From the NCBI RefSeq assembly GCF_006345805.1, contig NC_043003.1, positions 40,672,001 through 40,736,000 of the forward strand: a stretch of 64,000 nt of DNA, in the 5' to 3' direction. Below the pieces are notes generated by a model. That model was not told the DNA's origin. It saw only the letters and a program-made list of their open reading frames with translations, and did not search any database. The DNA comes from Octopus sinensis. Taxonomy: Eukaryota. Shown here in pieces: positions 1 to 14,621 of the stretch. A program made the translations under genes and the position numbers. How positions within the stretch are numbered: position 1 is the stretch's first letter; the number at the start of each line of letters is the position of its first letter.

Positions 1-1
1 A

Positions 2-180
2 GAAACTAGTCTCTGGATGCAGGCTTAGCTGGGCGTAGGTGCTTTCTCCCCCTTGTAAACGTAAGGACACAGTAAATGTGTCAAGTCCGACAGGAAGCGT
101 TGATGCTTCCTAGAGCTAAATAGCAGTGGTGTGATTCCCTTCAAGGGACTGGAGCATTAAGTTGACAGTATATAACTACT
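2..180 (+). mobile_element. 3' part of a Penelope-like element terminal repeat (pLTR), beginning with the 3' half of a minimal hammerhead (GAAACTAGTC); the 5' half lies outside the window
   Basis: GAAAC-TA-GTC at 2-11 has palindromic ACTAGT (stem III) and a GUC triplet. Downstream sequence aligns by eye with 20975-21135 (gatgcttcctagagctaa vs gatggcctcttggagctaa) and runs into a microsatellite. Confidence 0.5.
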
Positions 181-195
181 CTTTCTCTCTCTCTC

Positions 196-235
<40 letters not shown>

Positions 236-584
236 GTGTGTGTGTGAACTTTCCAAAGCTCTTTCCCGGATATCGGTGATCAAATGCTATCATACTATCA
301 TAGGAAAGGATTTCTGGTACTGGATATGCGTATGGAAATCCTTAAAGATGTGTAGAGTATAAACAAATAATTTTTAATACGAAGACAGGGATCGAACTGG
401 CTTTATTACAAATCACAACAATTGTTTTAATGCATCATCATCAGCTCTTAATTGCTGAATGTTACCTTAAATTATAGGCAATACTGTATTAATATCATTG
501 AACAATAACTGTTCATATGAATATCCTTGGGTGGTCAGACTCAAAGCACTGTTCAAGACATTTTCTCGTATTAAAATTTGTATG

Positions 585-615
<31 letters not shown>

Positions 616-1043
616 ATATATAAATATGTAACTCTCTCTCAATATATATATACACACACTCATATATATGTTCATACAAGTGGATTTGGTTGAAGCGTTA
701 GAGTTTTAGATAAGAATATTTTGAAGCATTTAAACCAGTAATTCAATTTCTAATCTCAAATCACGCTGAGGTCAAAATTGCCTTTCTATGGATGATGAAT
801 CACTGTAGATGTTAGAGCGTTTGACACAATTCTTTATTCTATTTGTTCCGGTTCAAACTTCTGAGTGCCCAGGCAGGCGTGAATAACTTTTCTTTAATAT
901 GAATCTTGTAAAAATTATTAGAAAGACGGAAGCAAACATACCATATTCTTACATGGACTGTCTGTGAGAAGCACGCACCACACTTGCCAACGAATTGTGA
1001 AACGTTTTCCTCAACGTGTCTGTCGGTGTATTTATATATACAT

Positions 1044-1078
<35 letters not shown>

Positions 1079-1468
1079 GCATGCATGTGTGAATAAATTT
1101 AAACAAATGGAAAGGTCAACCGGTTGTCAAGATTTGACAAGGGCATTTAATTGAAATATATAATAAAAATCAAATTTCCTTTTCGAATCTTGACGGTCTG
1201 CATTTTCATTTCTATTTTAACCTATACCTATATGCTGAAGGAGAAGCCACTTCTAGCCGCTTCAGAAGAAAGTCAGTCTCAACATGACATGTTCAACTGC
1301 TGTTCAAACCGGACTTTAAGAGGCATATCAAATTGAGTACTCATGGTGCATACCTATTAGTCTGAGTCACCCTAACGAAAACTACTCGTATACTTTATAA
1401 ATGTATAAGGATATATCTATCTATCTATCTATCTATCGATATATACATATATATATCTATATACATAT

Positions 1469-1535
<67 letters not shown>

Positions 1536-1749
1536 TATATATATATATATATATATAATACTATATATACATATATATGTATATATATATAATGTATATC
1601 TATCTATATATATATAAATGTATATATATATACATATACATATCGAGAAAAAGAAAAAAGGATGAACGTGAGAGGGGGGACTAAAAGGTAGGGTAAGAGT
1701 CGTACAGAATTTAGAGACATACCTACAATAATGTGAGCACACACACACT

Positions 1750-1787
<38 letters not shown>

Positions 1788-2559
1788 CACGTATATATAT
1801 ATATATATACATATGTGTGTGTTTGCGTGTGTGTGTGTGTGCGCGCGCTCACGTGCACATGTGTGTTTATGTGTGTATGTATTATGTATAAAATACAATA
1901 TAATGCAAATGTGAAATACACAATGTATTTAGACACCACAAAATTACAAAAGCGAAACAAAATGTATTAGAGAAGACAGAACTGGTCCTCTTGTCCTGAT
2001 CCTTTCAACAAATATTGGCGTCGAAATGTAAGGGCGGTATTCAGAGTACCACAAAAAATGAAAGACACCTGGGTACCAGGTGTTCATTTTAAACCGTCCA
2101 TGTTAAACCGGTTGGCGAGTCGAAATTAAATGCATCCATCTAATTACCAGGTGGTTGCTTTAAATTAGTTGGTGTATGAAATTAAACGTAACATTAAAAA
2201 ATGGAAAAAAGCTCCATGATGTATTATTGTGGCACCAGCGATGCTCAGATTTTCTGCCAAAGGAGCAAAAAAGGGTACACGAGAGTGACCTATGGATGTA
2301 CATTGACTGCCGCTGTTGGTGTGTTTACGTCCTCGTAACATAGCAGTCAGCAAAAGAAAATGAGATGACAAAGGAACACGCGATTATCTCTTGAACTTAC
2401 TGAGTAGCTCAGTAAATCCTTATTACTTCATCGGAGCCTCGAATATGAAATACACCACCCCACACATATATGTATTTATATACGTATACTTATATGTACA
2501 TGCACACACACACACACACACACACCACACACACATATATAAATGTACAACATATATAT

Positions 2560-2974
2560 CTTTTACTCTTTTACTCGTTTCAGTCATTTGACAGTGGCCA
2601 TGTTGGAGCACTACCTTTCTAGTCGAGCAAATCGACCCCAGGACTTATTCTTTGGAAGCTTGGTACTTATTCTATCGGTCTCTTTTGCCGAACCGCTAAG
2701 TTACGGGGACATAAGCACACCAGCATCAGTTGTCAATCGATGTTGGGGAGGGGAACAAACACACACACACAAACATATAAAGACCCATACACATATGTAC
2801 TTACACATATACGACGGGCTTCTTTCAGTTTCCGTCTACTAAATCCACTCACAAGGCTTTGGTCGGCTCGAGGCTATAGTAGAAGACACTTGCCCAATTT
2901 GCCACGCAGTGGGACTGAACCCGAACCATGTGGTTGATAAGCAAGCTACTTACCACTCAGCAACTCCAACGCCT
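2560..2974 (-). mobile_element. Octopus-type tRNA-derived SINE, family A
   Basis: Reverse complement has a tRNA-like head (GGTTCAGTCCC B-box-like), an internal CA/TA microsatellite and the tail aaatgactgaaacgagtaaaagagtaaaag; many copies in the window. Confidence 0.85.
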
Positions 2975-4275
2975 ATGTATGTATATGTATATATATATAT
3001 AATGTATATGTATATATATGTATATGTATATATGTATATATATATCTATATTATGTATATATATATATTATGTGTGTGTGTTGTATATATATGTATATGT
3101 ATTATATATATGATATATATTTATATATATATATATAATATATAGAATATATAAGAGAGATAGAGAGCTAGAGAGCGATAGAGAAAAAGAGTGATGGGGT
3201 GAAGAGGACAAAAGAAAAATTCTGTGTCAAAGGTTGTTTATATTCTAAATTTTTATATGAGGAGAAAACTGTGTTTCAACACTATAAGTTGTGGTTGGTG
3301 GAGTCGGGTACGTTAGATAAAGAAACAGTTCTCATGAAAAAGCCAAAACTTGGCTTTTTCTATAGTTTTTGCAAGCGGAATTATTAATTCTAAATTGCTG
3401 CTTTATTTATTACTGATGAAACGTATCTATGTTAGCAAGATGTAAGTAAAGCAACTACGATTTGGTACATACTGGCGCCGTGTAAACTACAGATACATAG
3501 ACTCACTAAAAACGACCATTCAAATTAAATACATAAAATACACCCCAAACAGAAGTTATGCAGTAAAGGAGCTCACATACTCCCTCTCCACCAACCCGGA
3601 TACAACACAGAGAATACACAATCAAATATACATCCATTGAGACTGACAAATACATAACATCTAATCATACACGTATATATACAGAGAAAAAAAGGAGATA
3701 TAGATATTACACAAGCACACGCACGAACATACACACACTCACACACACATATACATACATACAGAGAGGAAAATGGAGGTGGGAGGAAGGAGAACAAAAC
3801 AATAATAATAATAGTGAGATAGAGGGAAGATGTGAGAGACACAGAAAGATGAGAGGAAAAATGTTGTGTCAAAGGTTAATTATATTTTAAATGATTTACA
3901 TCATTCAAATGAAGTTCGCAGCTATTTACCAGTTATAGCTCCACGTTATTTCCCCGTTAAATGATTCACGTCATTCCTGTGGAGTTTAATGCTATTTCCC
4001 CGCCATAGATCTTTTACAAGATTGAGCTAACCTTGAACCATCAAACTACACAATCTTTTCTTTATATATACCAACACCAACACCACCACCACCACCACCA
4101 CGCCACCACCACATACATTCCAATACATTCATTATCAAACATACCACGACTACATACAGATCAAAATATAAACTCCACTTAAGCTATTATCTCCAGCGCC
4201 ACATTCGATCTAAACAGAATAAATACCCGAACGTACACCACTACACAACCACTACCACATCGTATACAACGTATC

Positions 4276-4516
<241 letters not shown>

Positions 4517-5060
4517 GTAAGCATATATGTGTGTGTACGTATGAATGTATATATACGTATGAGTGTATATATATATTTATATATGTACACCTACAGACCT
4601 ACAAATCCCCACACAAGCATATATAAGTAAAAATGAATGCCTCAACCACCGCAGTATACCCCACCAAATACACCACCAAACGTCAAAAGGAAACACTGCA
4701 GCTAAGTCTCTTCCCTTCCTTCGCCACCATCAAGGGTGTGAAGGTCACATGATAAATCAGAAATGAATTAATCATTGCAAACCTCTTTATTGGCGGCCAT
4801 CTTAATTAGATTACGTCCATTTTAAACTCTATCTTAATTGTTTTGGATTCATAAAAAAAAATGGAGACAGAATTAAAAAATAGTATTAAATAAAAAATAC
4901 ATTTAAAAATACACTGAAAACAAAATATAAATCAATAATTTAATTTCTTCTTCCCATTTCCAGTCTTATGACTTACGATTTTCTCTTCAATACCTTATTT
5001 CATTCTTTCCTTGTTTCTGATTCATATTATATATATAATCTATATTATATATATATATAT

Positions 5061-5096
<36 letters not shown>

Positions 5097-5726
5097 TACA
5101 TACATACAGACATGCATGTATTATATTGTTCTGTCCATTCTACTAACATTTTATCGTAATTAAATGCTTCCCACTCTTTATACAGTATCTCAAACTATGT
5201 CTACTTCAAGTGTTATTCTCTACATATCTAATCTACCAATATGACAATTTTTAATGCAGATATATAGCTTGAATTTTGTGGATTTGGACCAGCGTATAAA
5301 ATCACCCCAAGTATTTAACCGGTATTTATCTTACATAAATCAAAAACTTAACAGGAGAAGTTGTAAAAGCAATTATCTAAATACATCAGGGGACTTTGCT
5401 TTTTCTATATATTTTAGCAGCGACTGAGGGATGACAGGTAAATTTGATATTCGGGCGAGATTTTAACTGAAACAATAAAAATGGTACAACCGATTCTGCC
5501 CGAGCTGCCTCTGCAATGGTTTATATAAGATACTCCTTCCATTTTCGTACAATCTTTTCTTTTTAAATTTCTAAATAAATTCAATTGTTTCAATATTGTA
5601 ATCGTATATTTTTCTGTTTCTTTCTCATCTTGTCCATTCACTCCTGCAAGCAATACTTTAGAGAATCAACGAAAACATGGTTAAATGCTATCAAGTCATA
5701 TTCACTTGCACGTAATAGGTTTTGCC

Positions 5727-5822
<96 letters not shown>

Positions 5823-6012
5823 GTCTATCTATCTGTCTGTCTATCTGTCTGTATGTCTGTCTGTCGGTCTGCTTGTCTGCCTGTTTGACTGTCTATGTAT
5901 GTATGTATGTATGTATGTATGTATGTATGTATGTATGTATGTATCTATCTATCTATCTATTTATCCATCTATCTACATGTAAAAAATTCATGTATGTGTA
6001 TATATATATATA

Positions 6013-6053
<41 letters not shown>

Positions 6054-6059
6054 ACATAT

Positions 6060-6450
6060 GCGCAGGAGTGTTTGTGTGATAAGAAGCTGTTCTTCCCAAC
6101 CACATTGTTCAGGGTTCAATTCCACTGCGTGGCTCTTTCAGTAAGTCACTTCTATTATAGCCTCGGGTCAACCAAAGCCTTGTGAGTGGATTTGGTAGAT
6201 GGAAACTGAAAGAAGCCCGTCGTACACACACACGCACACACACATATATATATGTTTGTTCCCCCACCTTCGCTTGACAACCGATTTTGGAGCGTTTATA
6301 TCCCCGTAACTTAGCGGTTCAGTAAAAGACACCGATACAATAAGTATTAGCCTTACAAAGAATAAGTCCTGGGGTCGATTCCTTCGACTAAAGGCGGTGC
6401 TCCAGTATGGCCGCAGTCAAATGACTGAAATAAATAAAAGAATAAAAGAA
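6060..6450 (+). mobile_element. SINE family A
   Basis: Same head, body and tail as the 2560-2974 copy, opposite orientation. Confidence 0.85.
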
Positions 6451-7216
6451 AACATAATCCTTCTGAGATGTTCTTCCTGAAACGTTTCATCTTTATTCAT
6501 ACATCAGGAACTCATTACGTCTCTATATACAGTTACTCTGCTATTCATATTTACATTTTATATTTTCTCACTATACATATCTATATATATATATATAATA
6601 TATATTATATATATATATAATATATATATATATATATACTGTTCCAACTATCAAACTTAGAAGCTTCGATACTTTCTAAATTATTTATATTTCTAAGTCA
6701 ACGAAGTAGCCTCTGTATTGTCTCTCGACTATCGAGAAATAGCAGCTATGATCAACTCATATACTGCCGCCTTAAAAAAAGTGAAAAACACATTGACTAA
6801 ATTTGTTTATATTTATACAATAAAAAAGAAAATGATCTCCAAACGAATGGCTTCAGATCATATGTGTAAGTTTTGTTGATAAAAACTTTTTCAGTTACAC
6901 AACATCAAAAATGTCACTGTCTGAAGCTTGTAACCTATTGAAGTTTCGGACATTTAAAAGATAAGATTTTGCACATTTTAATGTTATCTTTAAGTTTATC
7001 ACTGCTGTGTATGGTTTTGCTGCTGAAGCTTAATATGTCGCAAGCTTTCAAGTTCTTATGTATCATTCTTAATCAGCAATGTAATGACTAACTTACCCAG
7101 CAAAGCGGGCCATATGATAATATCCAAGAAAATATTGCTGTATCATCAAATCACAAAACTCACTGAATACCGATGGCAGCTCCTACTGAGGCGTGTAATG
7201 GACAATACACTTTAAC

Positions 7217-7392
7217 GTGTGGTAAGTAACTTGCTTACCAACCACATGGTTCTGGGTTCAGTCCCACTGCGTGGTACCTTGGGCAAATGTCTTCTACTAT
7301 AGCCTCGGGCAGACCAAAGCTTTGTGGGTGGGTTGGTAGACGGAAACTGAAGAAGCCCGTCGTATATATATATAATATATATATAATATATA

Positions 7393-7440
<48 letters not shown>

Positions 7441-7650
7441 GTATATGTTTGTGTGTCTGGTGTTATCCCCCAACATCGCTTGACAACCGATGCTGGTGTG
7501 TTTACGTCCCCGTAACATTAGCGGTTCGGCAAAAGAGACCGGTAGAATAAGTACTAGGCTTACAAAGAATAAGTCCTGGGGTCGATTTTCTCGACTAAAG
7601 GCGGTGGTCCAGCATGGCCACAGTCAAATGACTGAAACATGTAAAAAAAA
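7217..7650 (+). mobile_element. SINE family A
   Basis: gtgtggtaagtaacttgc...ggttcagtcccactgcgtgg...aaatgactgaaac. Confidence 0.85.
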
Positions 7651-8000
7651 TATGTACATACTCCCTGTATACGCGCGAGCCAATGAAAATAAACAACTAT
7701 ACATATCAGCAGTGATCCTATTATTTAGTGATGCCAGGGTTTATCAAGATTTTCAAGGCGTTTAGATTGTGATAACAAAGCTGTCTCTGGTCGGCATGTT
7801 AGTCCGGCGCAAGATTAACCTCTAAGTAGAAGAGGTACTAATTTTAAATTGAGTGTAGTGGAGTAATAAGAAGTGATGTCCCTTTCTCAAGGACAAAAAA
7901 ACACTGCTCATTCGGAGATGGTAAGTAATCCCAATACTCTAACCACCAGGTCCCACACCTTCAGAAACATTTACACATGAACTTATGAACAGAATACGTG

Positions 8001-8036
<36 letters not shown>

Positions 8037-8070
8037 TGTGAGTGTATATATATATATATATATATATATA

Positions 8071-9693
8071 ATACATGTATATAGAATTGTATTTTCTGTA
8101 ATTTGATATTTTTAACTCTGAACTGCCCGACCCCGCTAATTAATATAAATAATACCTTACTTGCTCTGCGTTGAAAAGAGGTTTTCTGTTTTGTTTGAGT
8201 TTTTCATTGTGCTATACTATACTAAATATTTCGAATTTAATGTCTCTCGCTCTATCCAAACCACAATTTTTCTTCTTCTTTGAACTAAAGTCGCAGCTGG
8301 TGATATACAACGTGCCTGAGTGTTTTAAACTTGGTGAGCCTATCCTTTTTTAAGTCAAAACACATCCAGTTTCTTCAAAATATATATAAAAAAAGAGCCA
8401 CAATACTAGTCTCGTAACGGCCTTGACAGCATAAAATCAGAGTTAAACTCGAGTTGATTTGATCTCAAGGAGCTGGGGTTCATACGGTAATTCTACCTCT
8501 CGCTGTAGCAACCCCATCAGCTTGTTGCTTTTTTGCAAAGCAATATATTATTATATCATGTAACAGACTAATTCCCTGTAAGATTTTTGTTACATACATT
8601 TTTCTCACTTGTAACCTATATAAGGAGGTTATATAAGAAAAATGCCTTCCAATCTTTCTGAGTTCCTTACTCATATTTCTAAAATTCGTTATTGTACGTT
8701 AATGATAGAAGACGTTTTACCGGAATCTAAGTTACGGTTTCAGTATTCTTGACGTTTTTTTACGTGTTATTCAAAGTATTATAGATTTCACACTGACGAG
8801 TTTTGTCTTTATCTACTACTAATGCATTTTTTCCTTCGAGATCTTTTCGAGTTTCTCATTCATTTTTTGTGTTTTGTTTTAGATTCCATCAGATTTCCTA
8901 CCATCTACGATTCATTCATCTTCCATTTATTCTAAATTCCTTTCCTTCTTATCCTGTTTTCTGTTCTATAATACCAAAACAACTATTACAAAAAACTACA
9001 AAAACAACAACAACAAATATGTATGTATGCTAGCAATAACAACACCAACATCGACAGCAACATCTCTAATACCCTGTGAGGATGACAACTGGACCAGCTG
9101 ATTGTGGTAACACCACAATTCCCATCATCCTTTGCCACCACTCCAGAAGCAACGTTTTTTTCATCATCATCGCAAACACCGTAAACAAGACAATGCCTTT
9201 TGCTAAGGCCTACAACATTGGACGAAACCCTCTTGTAAGTTAAGAGACAGTCAAGCGAAAGCGCATAGCGTGTATTTCAGAAGGAAGTCGGTTGTCAGGT
9301 TTAGAGATGCTGAGATGCATCTCGCTGTTATTGAGCCAAAAGAGACCCGCATAGGCATATGGTTTTCACATCGTTATCATAGTCTCAAATATCGCTAGAT
9401 TTCGAGTTGGTCAGTACTATGCTAAGGGAATATAAAGGAGAAGCAGGAGTATACTTTAACCAGGAGAAGTCGATGGGTGTGCAACTATGCGATTAGATAC
9501 ATTAATATACATACATCAGCGTAAACGTTACGCTGTGCAGATAAGATGCATAACGTCTACTGTGATCAGATCTCCAGAACGACGGAAGACAGAAGCGGGA
9601 TATAGTAACGAAAATGGTAGCTAGTGCTTACTTTTAATGGTCATAAAGAGAGTTGTCAGTAACGTTCAGATAAAGGAGAAGAGTATATATATA

Positions 9694-9733
<40 letters not shown>

Positions 9734-11344
9734 CATGTATATAGAATTGTATTTTCTGTAATTTGATATTTTTAACTCTGAACTGCCCGACCCCGCTAAT
9801 TAATATAAATAATACCTTACTTGCTCTGCGTTGAAAAGAGGTTTTCTGTTTTGTTTGAGTTTTTCCTTGTGCTATACTATACTAAATATTTCGAATTTAA
9901 TGTCTCTCGCTCTATCCAAACCACAATTTTTCTTCTTCTTTGAACTAAAGTCGCAGCTGGTGATATACAACGTGCCTTGAGTGTTTTAAACTTGGTGAGC
10001 CTATCCTTTTTTAAGTCAAAACACATCCAGTTTCTTCAAAATATATATAAAAAAAGAGCCACAATACTAGTCTCGTAACGGCCTTGACAGCATAAAATCA
10101 GAGTTAAACTCGAGTTGATTTGATCTCAAGGAGCTGGGGTTCATACGGTAATTCTACCTCTCGCTGTAGCAACCCCATCAGCTTGTTGCTTTTTTGCAAA
10201 GCAATATATTATTATATCATGTAACAGACTAATCCCTGTAAGATTTTTGTTACATACATTTTTCTCACTTGTAACCTATATAAGGAGGTTATATAAGAAA
10301 AATGCCTTCCAATCTTTCTGAGTTCCTTACTCATATTTCTAAAATTCGTTATTGTACGTTAATGATAGAAGACGTTTTACCGGAATCTAAGTTACGGTTT
10401 CAGTATTCTTGACGTTTTTTTACGTGTTATTCAAAGTATTATAGATTTCACACTGACGAGTTTTGTCTTTATCTACTACTAATGCATTTTTTCCTTCGAG
10501 ATCTTTTCGAGTTTCTCATTCATTTTTTGTGTTTTTGTTTTAGATTCCATCAGATTTCCTACCATCTACGATTCATTCATCTTCCATTTATTCTAAATTC
10601 CTTTCCTTCTTATCCTGTTTTCTGTTCTATAATACCAAAACAACTATTACAAAAAACTACAAAAACAACAACAACAAATATGTATGTATGCTAGCAATAA
10701 CAACACCAACATCGACAGCAACATCTCTAATACCCTGTGAGGATGACAACTGGACCAGCTGATTGTGGTAACACCACAATTCCCATCATCCTTTGCCACC
10801 ACTCCAGAAGCAACGTTTTTTTCATCATCATCGCAAACACCGTAAACAAGACAATGCCTTTTGCTAAGGCCTACAACATTGGACGAAACCCTCTTGTAAG
10901 TTAAGAGACAGTCAAGCGAAAGCGCATAGCGTGTATTTCAGAAGGAAGTCGGTTGTCAGGTTTAGAGATGCTGAGATGCATCTCGCTGTTATTGAGCCAA
11001 AAGAGACCCGCATAGGCATATGGTTTTCACATCGTTATCATAGTCTCAAATATCGCTAGATTTCGAGTTGGTCAGTACTATGCTAAGGGAATATAAAGGA
11101 GAAGCAGGAGTATACTTTAACCAGGAGAAGTCGATGGGTGTGCAACTATGCGATTAGATACATTAATATACATACATCAGCGTAAACGTTACGCTGTGCA
11201 GATAAGATGCATAACGTCTACTGTGATCAGATCTCCAGAACGACGGAAGACAGAAGCGGGATATAGTAACGAAAATGGTAGCTAGTGCTTACTTTTAATG
11301 GTCATAAAGAGAGTTGTCAGTAACGTTCAGATAAAGGAGAAGAG
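8071..11344 (+). repeat. Near-identical tandem direct duplication, unit about 1.66 kb (8071-9683 and 9731-11344), separated and flanked by (TA)n
   Basis: Both copies start atacatgtatatagaattg and end gataaaggagaagag. By eye I found one substitution and three 1-nt indels. Confidence 0.97.
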
Positions 11345-11398
<54 letters not shown>

Positions 11399-11651
11399 TG
11401 TCTCTGTTATTTATTCTGTTCTGGCGATAATTCCTTTTGAAGTTTTCATTTGACTACTGGAGAGTTGTGGAAGTGGCACGTTTCATTGGCCAGAATGCCC
11501 TACTGCGAAAAGACTTCTACACGACGTTGGTGATTATGTACACAGTAAAGATACGACATTGCAGAAATTTCCAGACAGTAAGAATGTGTGATTGCTGCTT
11601 AGCAAATATACTTCTCCATAAATTATCCCGTTGAATAGCTACACTTCTGAA

Positions 11652-11658
11652 TAGTAGC

Positions 11659-11719
<61 letters not shown>

Positions 11720-11740
11720 ATAATAATAATAATAATAATG
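11652..11740. repeat. (TAG)n/(TAA)n microsatellite
   Basis: Direct reading; source of the poly-Leu ORF 11517-11786. Confidence 0.95.
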
Positions 11741-12039
11741 ATGTACTGAGAAGAGCACTATCGCTGTGAAAATAACATCCATCCATGAATTTATTTATTT
11801 ATTAATTTTTAAATACATATTTTATCTGTGAATTTGCTCGTGTAATCTGGGAATGCATATAATGCCCTTCTCTGCCCTAGGTGTATGGAAAACACTCGGC
11901 GAGAAACGGAAGAAAATTTGAAGAAAGAAGGAAAAAACATAATAATAATAATAATAATAATAATATCAGCAGCAGCAGCCTCATCAACATCATCATCATC
12001 ATCATCAACAACAACAACAACAACGACAACAGCAATAAT

Positions 12040-12590
12040 TCTGGGAGTTTCAAGAAAAAATTACAAAAACAATGGGCGTTTGCGTTGAATAAATTAAACC
12101 ATCTCTGTGTAACTTGAGAGTATGCGCCTAAATAGGGGAGTCTCCTTTCTGGTTAACTCTGTTACTAGAATCTCATAGTAAGAAAGCTTTTGTATTAATT
12201 TTAGCGATGCACTCTCGTCTGTTGGCACGTATATTTCGGTTAAGGAGGCATTTGATTTCTGGCATCTTCTAGGTTATAGTATAAGTGTAATTTTCTGAAG
12301 CCGTTTCTGGTGTGATTGTAGCACCAGCTTTCTGTTAGTATTTTATAATATTAGCCAGTATTGCATTGTATGAATGTTCCAGCTCAATAACGCCTGTAAA
12401 CATAATATTTCTTTATTAAAACTGGGCTACCAGTAACAAGGTAGCCAATTGCTTTTGCACTATCTCCACAAATTCAGTTGTTACTTTACAACCATATTGA
12501 CTGAGCAAGCAAATGAAATGCAGCGTAATGCTAGTGAAACGATGGAAAATGTTAATTCTTTACGACTAAGTCTTTTTCCCTAGCAATTGA
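12040..12590 (-). pseudogene. Possible heavily decayed non-LTR retrotransposon RT/thumb remnant
   Basis: Minus-strand reading gives fragments such as KAGATITPET and HTLKLHRDGL with many stops; bounded by trinucleotide microsatellites. Weak. Confidence 0.25.
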
Positions 12591-12636
12591 ATCAACAACA
12601 ACGACAACAATAACAACAACTGCAATAATAATAATA

Positions 12637-12668
<32 letters not shown>

Positions 12669-12700
12669 GTGGTAGTAGTAGTAGTGTAGTAGTAGTAGTG

Positions 12701-12742
<42 letters not shown>

Positions 12743-13875
12743 ATAATAATAATAGGAATTTTTTTCTTGTGTGCTTCTGTTTCTCATTTGATTGTGTGTG
12801 CATATGTGAGGGGCTTAATAGCCGGATGAGTGTAGCGAATGATGTACATACGTATAGATGGATGGCTTTATTTGTGATTAGCTGACATTAATTTCTCTTA
12901 GCTAATCAGACATTAGTATTCCTGGGATTAATTCTTAGTTTCGTGTGGATTCCCTGAGATCCAATTGTTATTGTTACAGATCTGTTGCCTAGAGACTAAC
13001 ATCATGTGCATTAATCCACTGATCTAAGATGTCATAATAAATTGAAAAGAATAAAAGCTTCAATAAATTAAATAAAGTATTTCCCAATTTTCTTCAGTTC
13101 TCGTGAAAAATGATATTTTGTTTATTACATTCGTTGATACAATGAAGACCATAAAATACATCTTGCTTAATTTGAGAATTAAATATTTTAACGGAAATTA
13201 TCAAATTTATCAAATAATTTGATAAATAAAGGAATTTAAGAGTGGTATTTATTTTGACAGGGAAAAGGAGTTAGTTAATGAGTGTTTGCTGTTGCTCCGG
13301 TTGTTGTTGATGTTTAGCCTCTTATTAGTTCAGTTTGAGCATAGCTTAAGCAAGCAGTCGATCGAATGATCGACGAATCCCATAGAAATGTTTGTCCATT
13401 TGCAAAATAGTAGAGTGAAATTTGAAGGAGATTTGATTTCCTGTTGTAACACAGACGCTTCCAGCTTTGTTTCGTTATAAATTGGTAACTGTATTTTTGT
13501 ATATCAGAATTTTAATTAGTCTTCAATTAGTAAGTGTTATTTCCTATTTGCCACTATCTAGAAATCAAAGAAAATTACCACTATTCCCTTTGCTTTTGTG
13601 ACCTGGACATCAACGTTTTTGAAACTGGCCTATTTTCCATTACATTTCAGACATTCAACTCTGAGTTGCTGAAGCAGAAATATCGTTGTAGCAAATATTC
13701 TGGTCAATGCCACAGTTGCCTGCCTTTACCCACTTGAGCATGCCCTTTGATGGCTAGAAACATATGCATCGTTGATCATGAGCAGGAGTAGTGGAGGAGC
13801 ATCATAGCCTTGTGTTGATAGAGGTTCCTCAGGGTTTGAATAATTGTAACAAAAGCGAAGCCTGAAGGAAATATT

Positions 13876-14252
13876 CTCTTTTCTCTTTTCCCTTTTAATT
13901 GTTTCAGTCCTTTGACTACGGCCATGTTGGAGCACCGCCTTTAGTCGAGAAAATCAACCCCAGGACTTATTCTATCCGTCTCTTTTGCCGAACCGCTAAG
14001 TGACGGAGATGTAAACACACCATCATCGGTTGTCAAGCGTAGTTGGGGGGACAAACACAGACACACGCATATTTATAAATATATATAAATATATATACTA
14101 CGGGCTTCTTTCAGTTTCCGTTTACCAAATTCACTCTCAAGGCTTTGGTAGGCCCGATGCCATAGCAGAAGACACTCGGCCAAGGTGCCACGCAGTGGGA
14201 ATGAACCCAGAACTATGTGGTCGGTAAACAAGCTACTTACCACTCCTACTCT
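13876..14252 (-). mobile_element. SINE family A
   Basis: Matches the other family A copies along its length. Confidence 0.85.
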
Positions 14253-14327
14253 TAGAACATACAAACATGTGCTTATAACACACACACACGCAAATACAAA
14301 CACCAGCACACATACACACACGCATGT

Positions 14328-14621
14328 GGAGGCACATGGCCAAGTGGTAAGAACAGCGGACTTGCGGTCAAGGGATCGCGGGTTCGAATCTGAGACCTGG
14401 CGATGTGTGTGTTTATGAGCGAAACACCCATGCTTCACGCGGCTCCGGCAGAAGGTAATGGCGAACGTCTGCTGACTCTTTCGCCACAACTTTCTCTCAC
14501 TCTTTCTTCCTGCATCTTGCAGCTCACCTGCGAAGGACCGGCGTCCTGTCCAGGTGGGGAACCTATACGCCAAGGAAACAGGGAAACTGGCCCTAATGAG
14601 CCAAGCATGGCTCGAGAAAGC
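14328..14621 (+). mobile_element. tRNA-derived SINE of a third family
   Basis: A box TGGCCAAGTGG and B box GGTTCGAATC, followed by a ~220-nt non-tRNA body ending ...gagccaagcatggctcgagaaagc before (CA)n. Confidence 0.75.

Noticed and set aside
2055-2090. 15-bp bulged hairpin (AAAATGA-ACACCTGG / CCAGGTGT-TCATTTT)
   Set aside because: Real but short and single, with no context linking it to an element or RNA.
4792-4803. YY1-like motifs (GGCGGCCATCTT at 4792; AATATGGCGG at 53592)
   Set aside because: Isolated single motifs without other promoter elements; common inside transposons.
5418-5437. Possible microexons with AG/GT boundaries (5418-5437, 11443-11529, 35539-35567, 55201-55258, all +)
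   Set aside because: Splice-like dinucleotides are frequent by chance in AT-rich DNA, and no peptide is recognisable; RNA-seq would be needed.
13726-13860. TQGYDAPPLLLLMIND resembling the RT motif PQGSVLGPLLF...IND
   Set aside because: Single weak motif with no following YADD or other RT motifs.
14328-14400. tRNA-like sequences at SINE heads (also 50180-50249 and the family A/B heads)
   Set aside because: They have A/B boxes but no complete cloverleaf and continue into SINE bodies.
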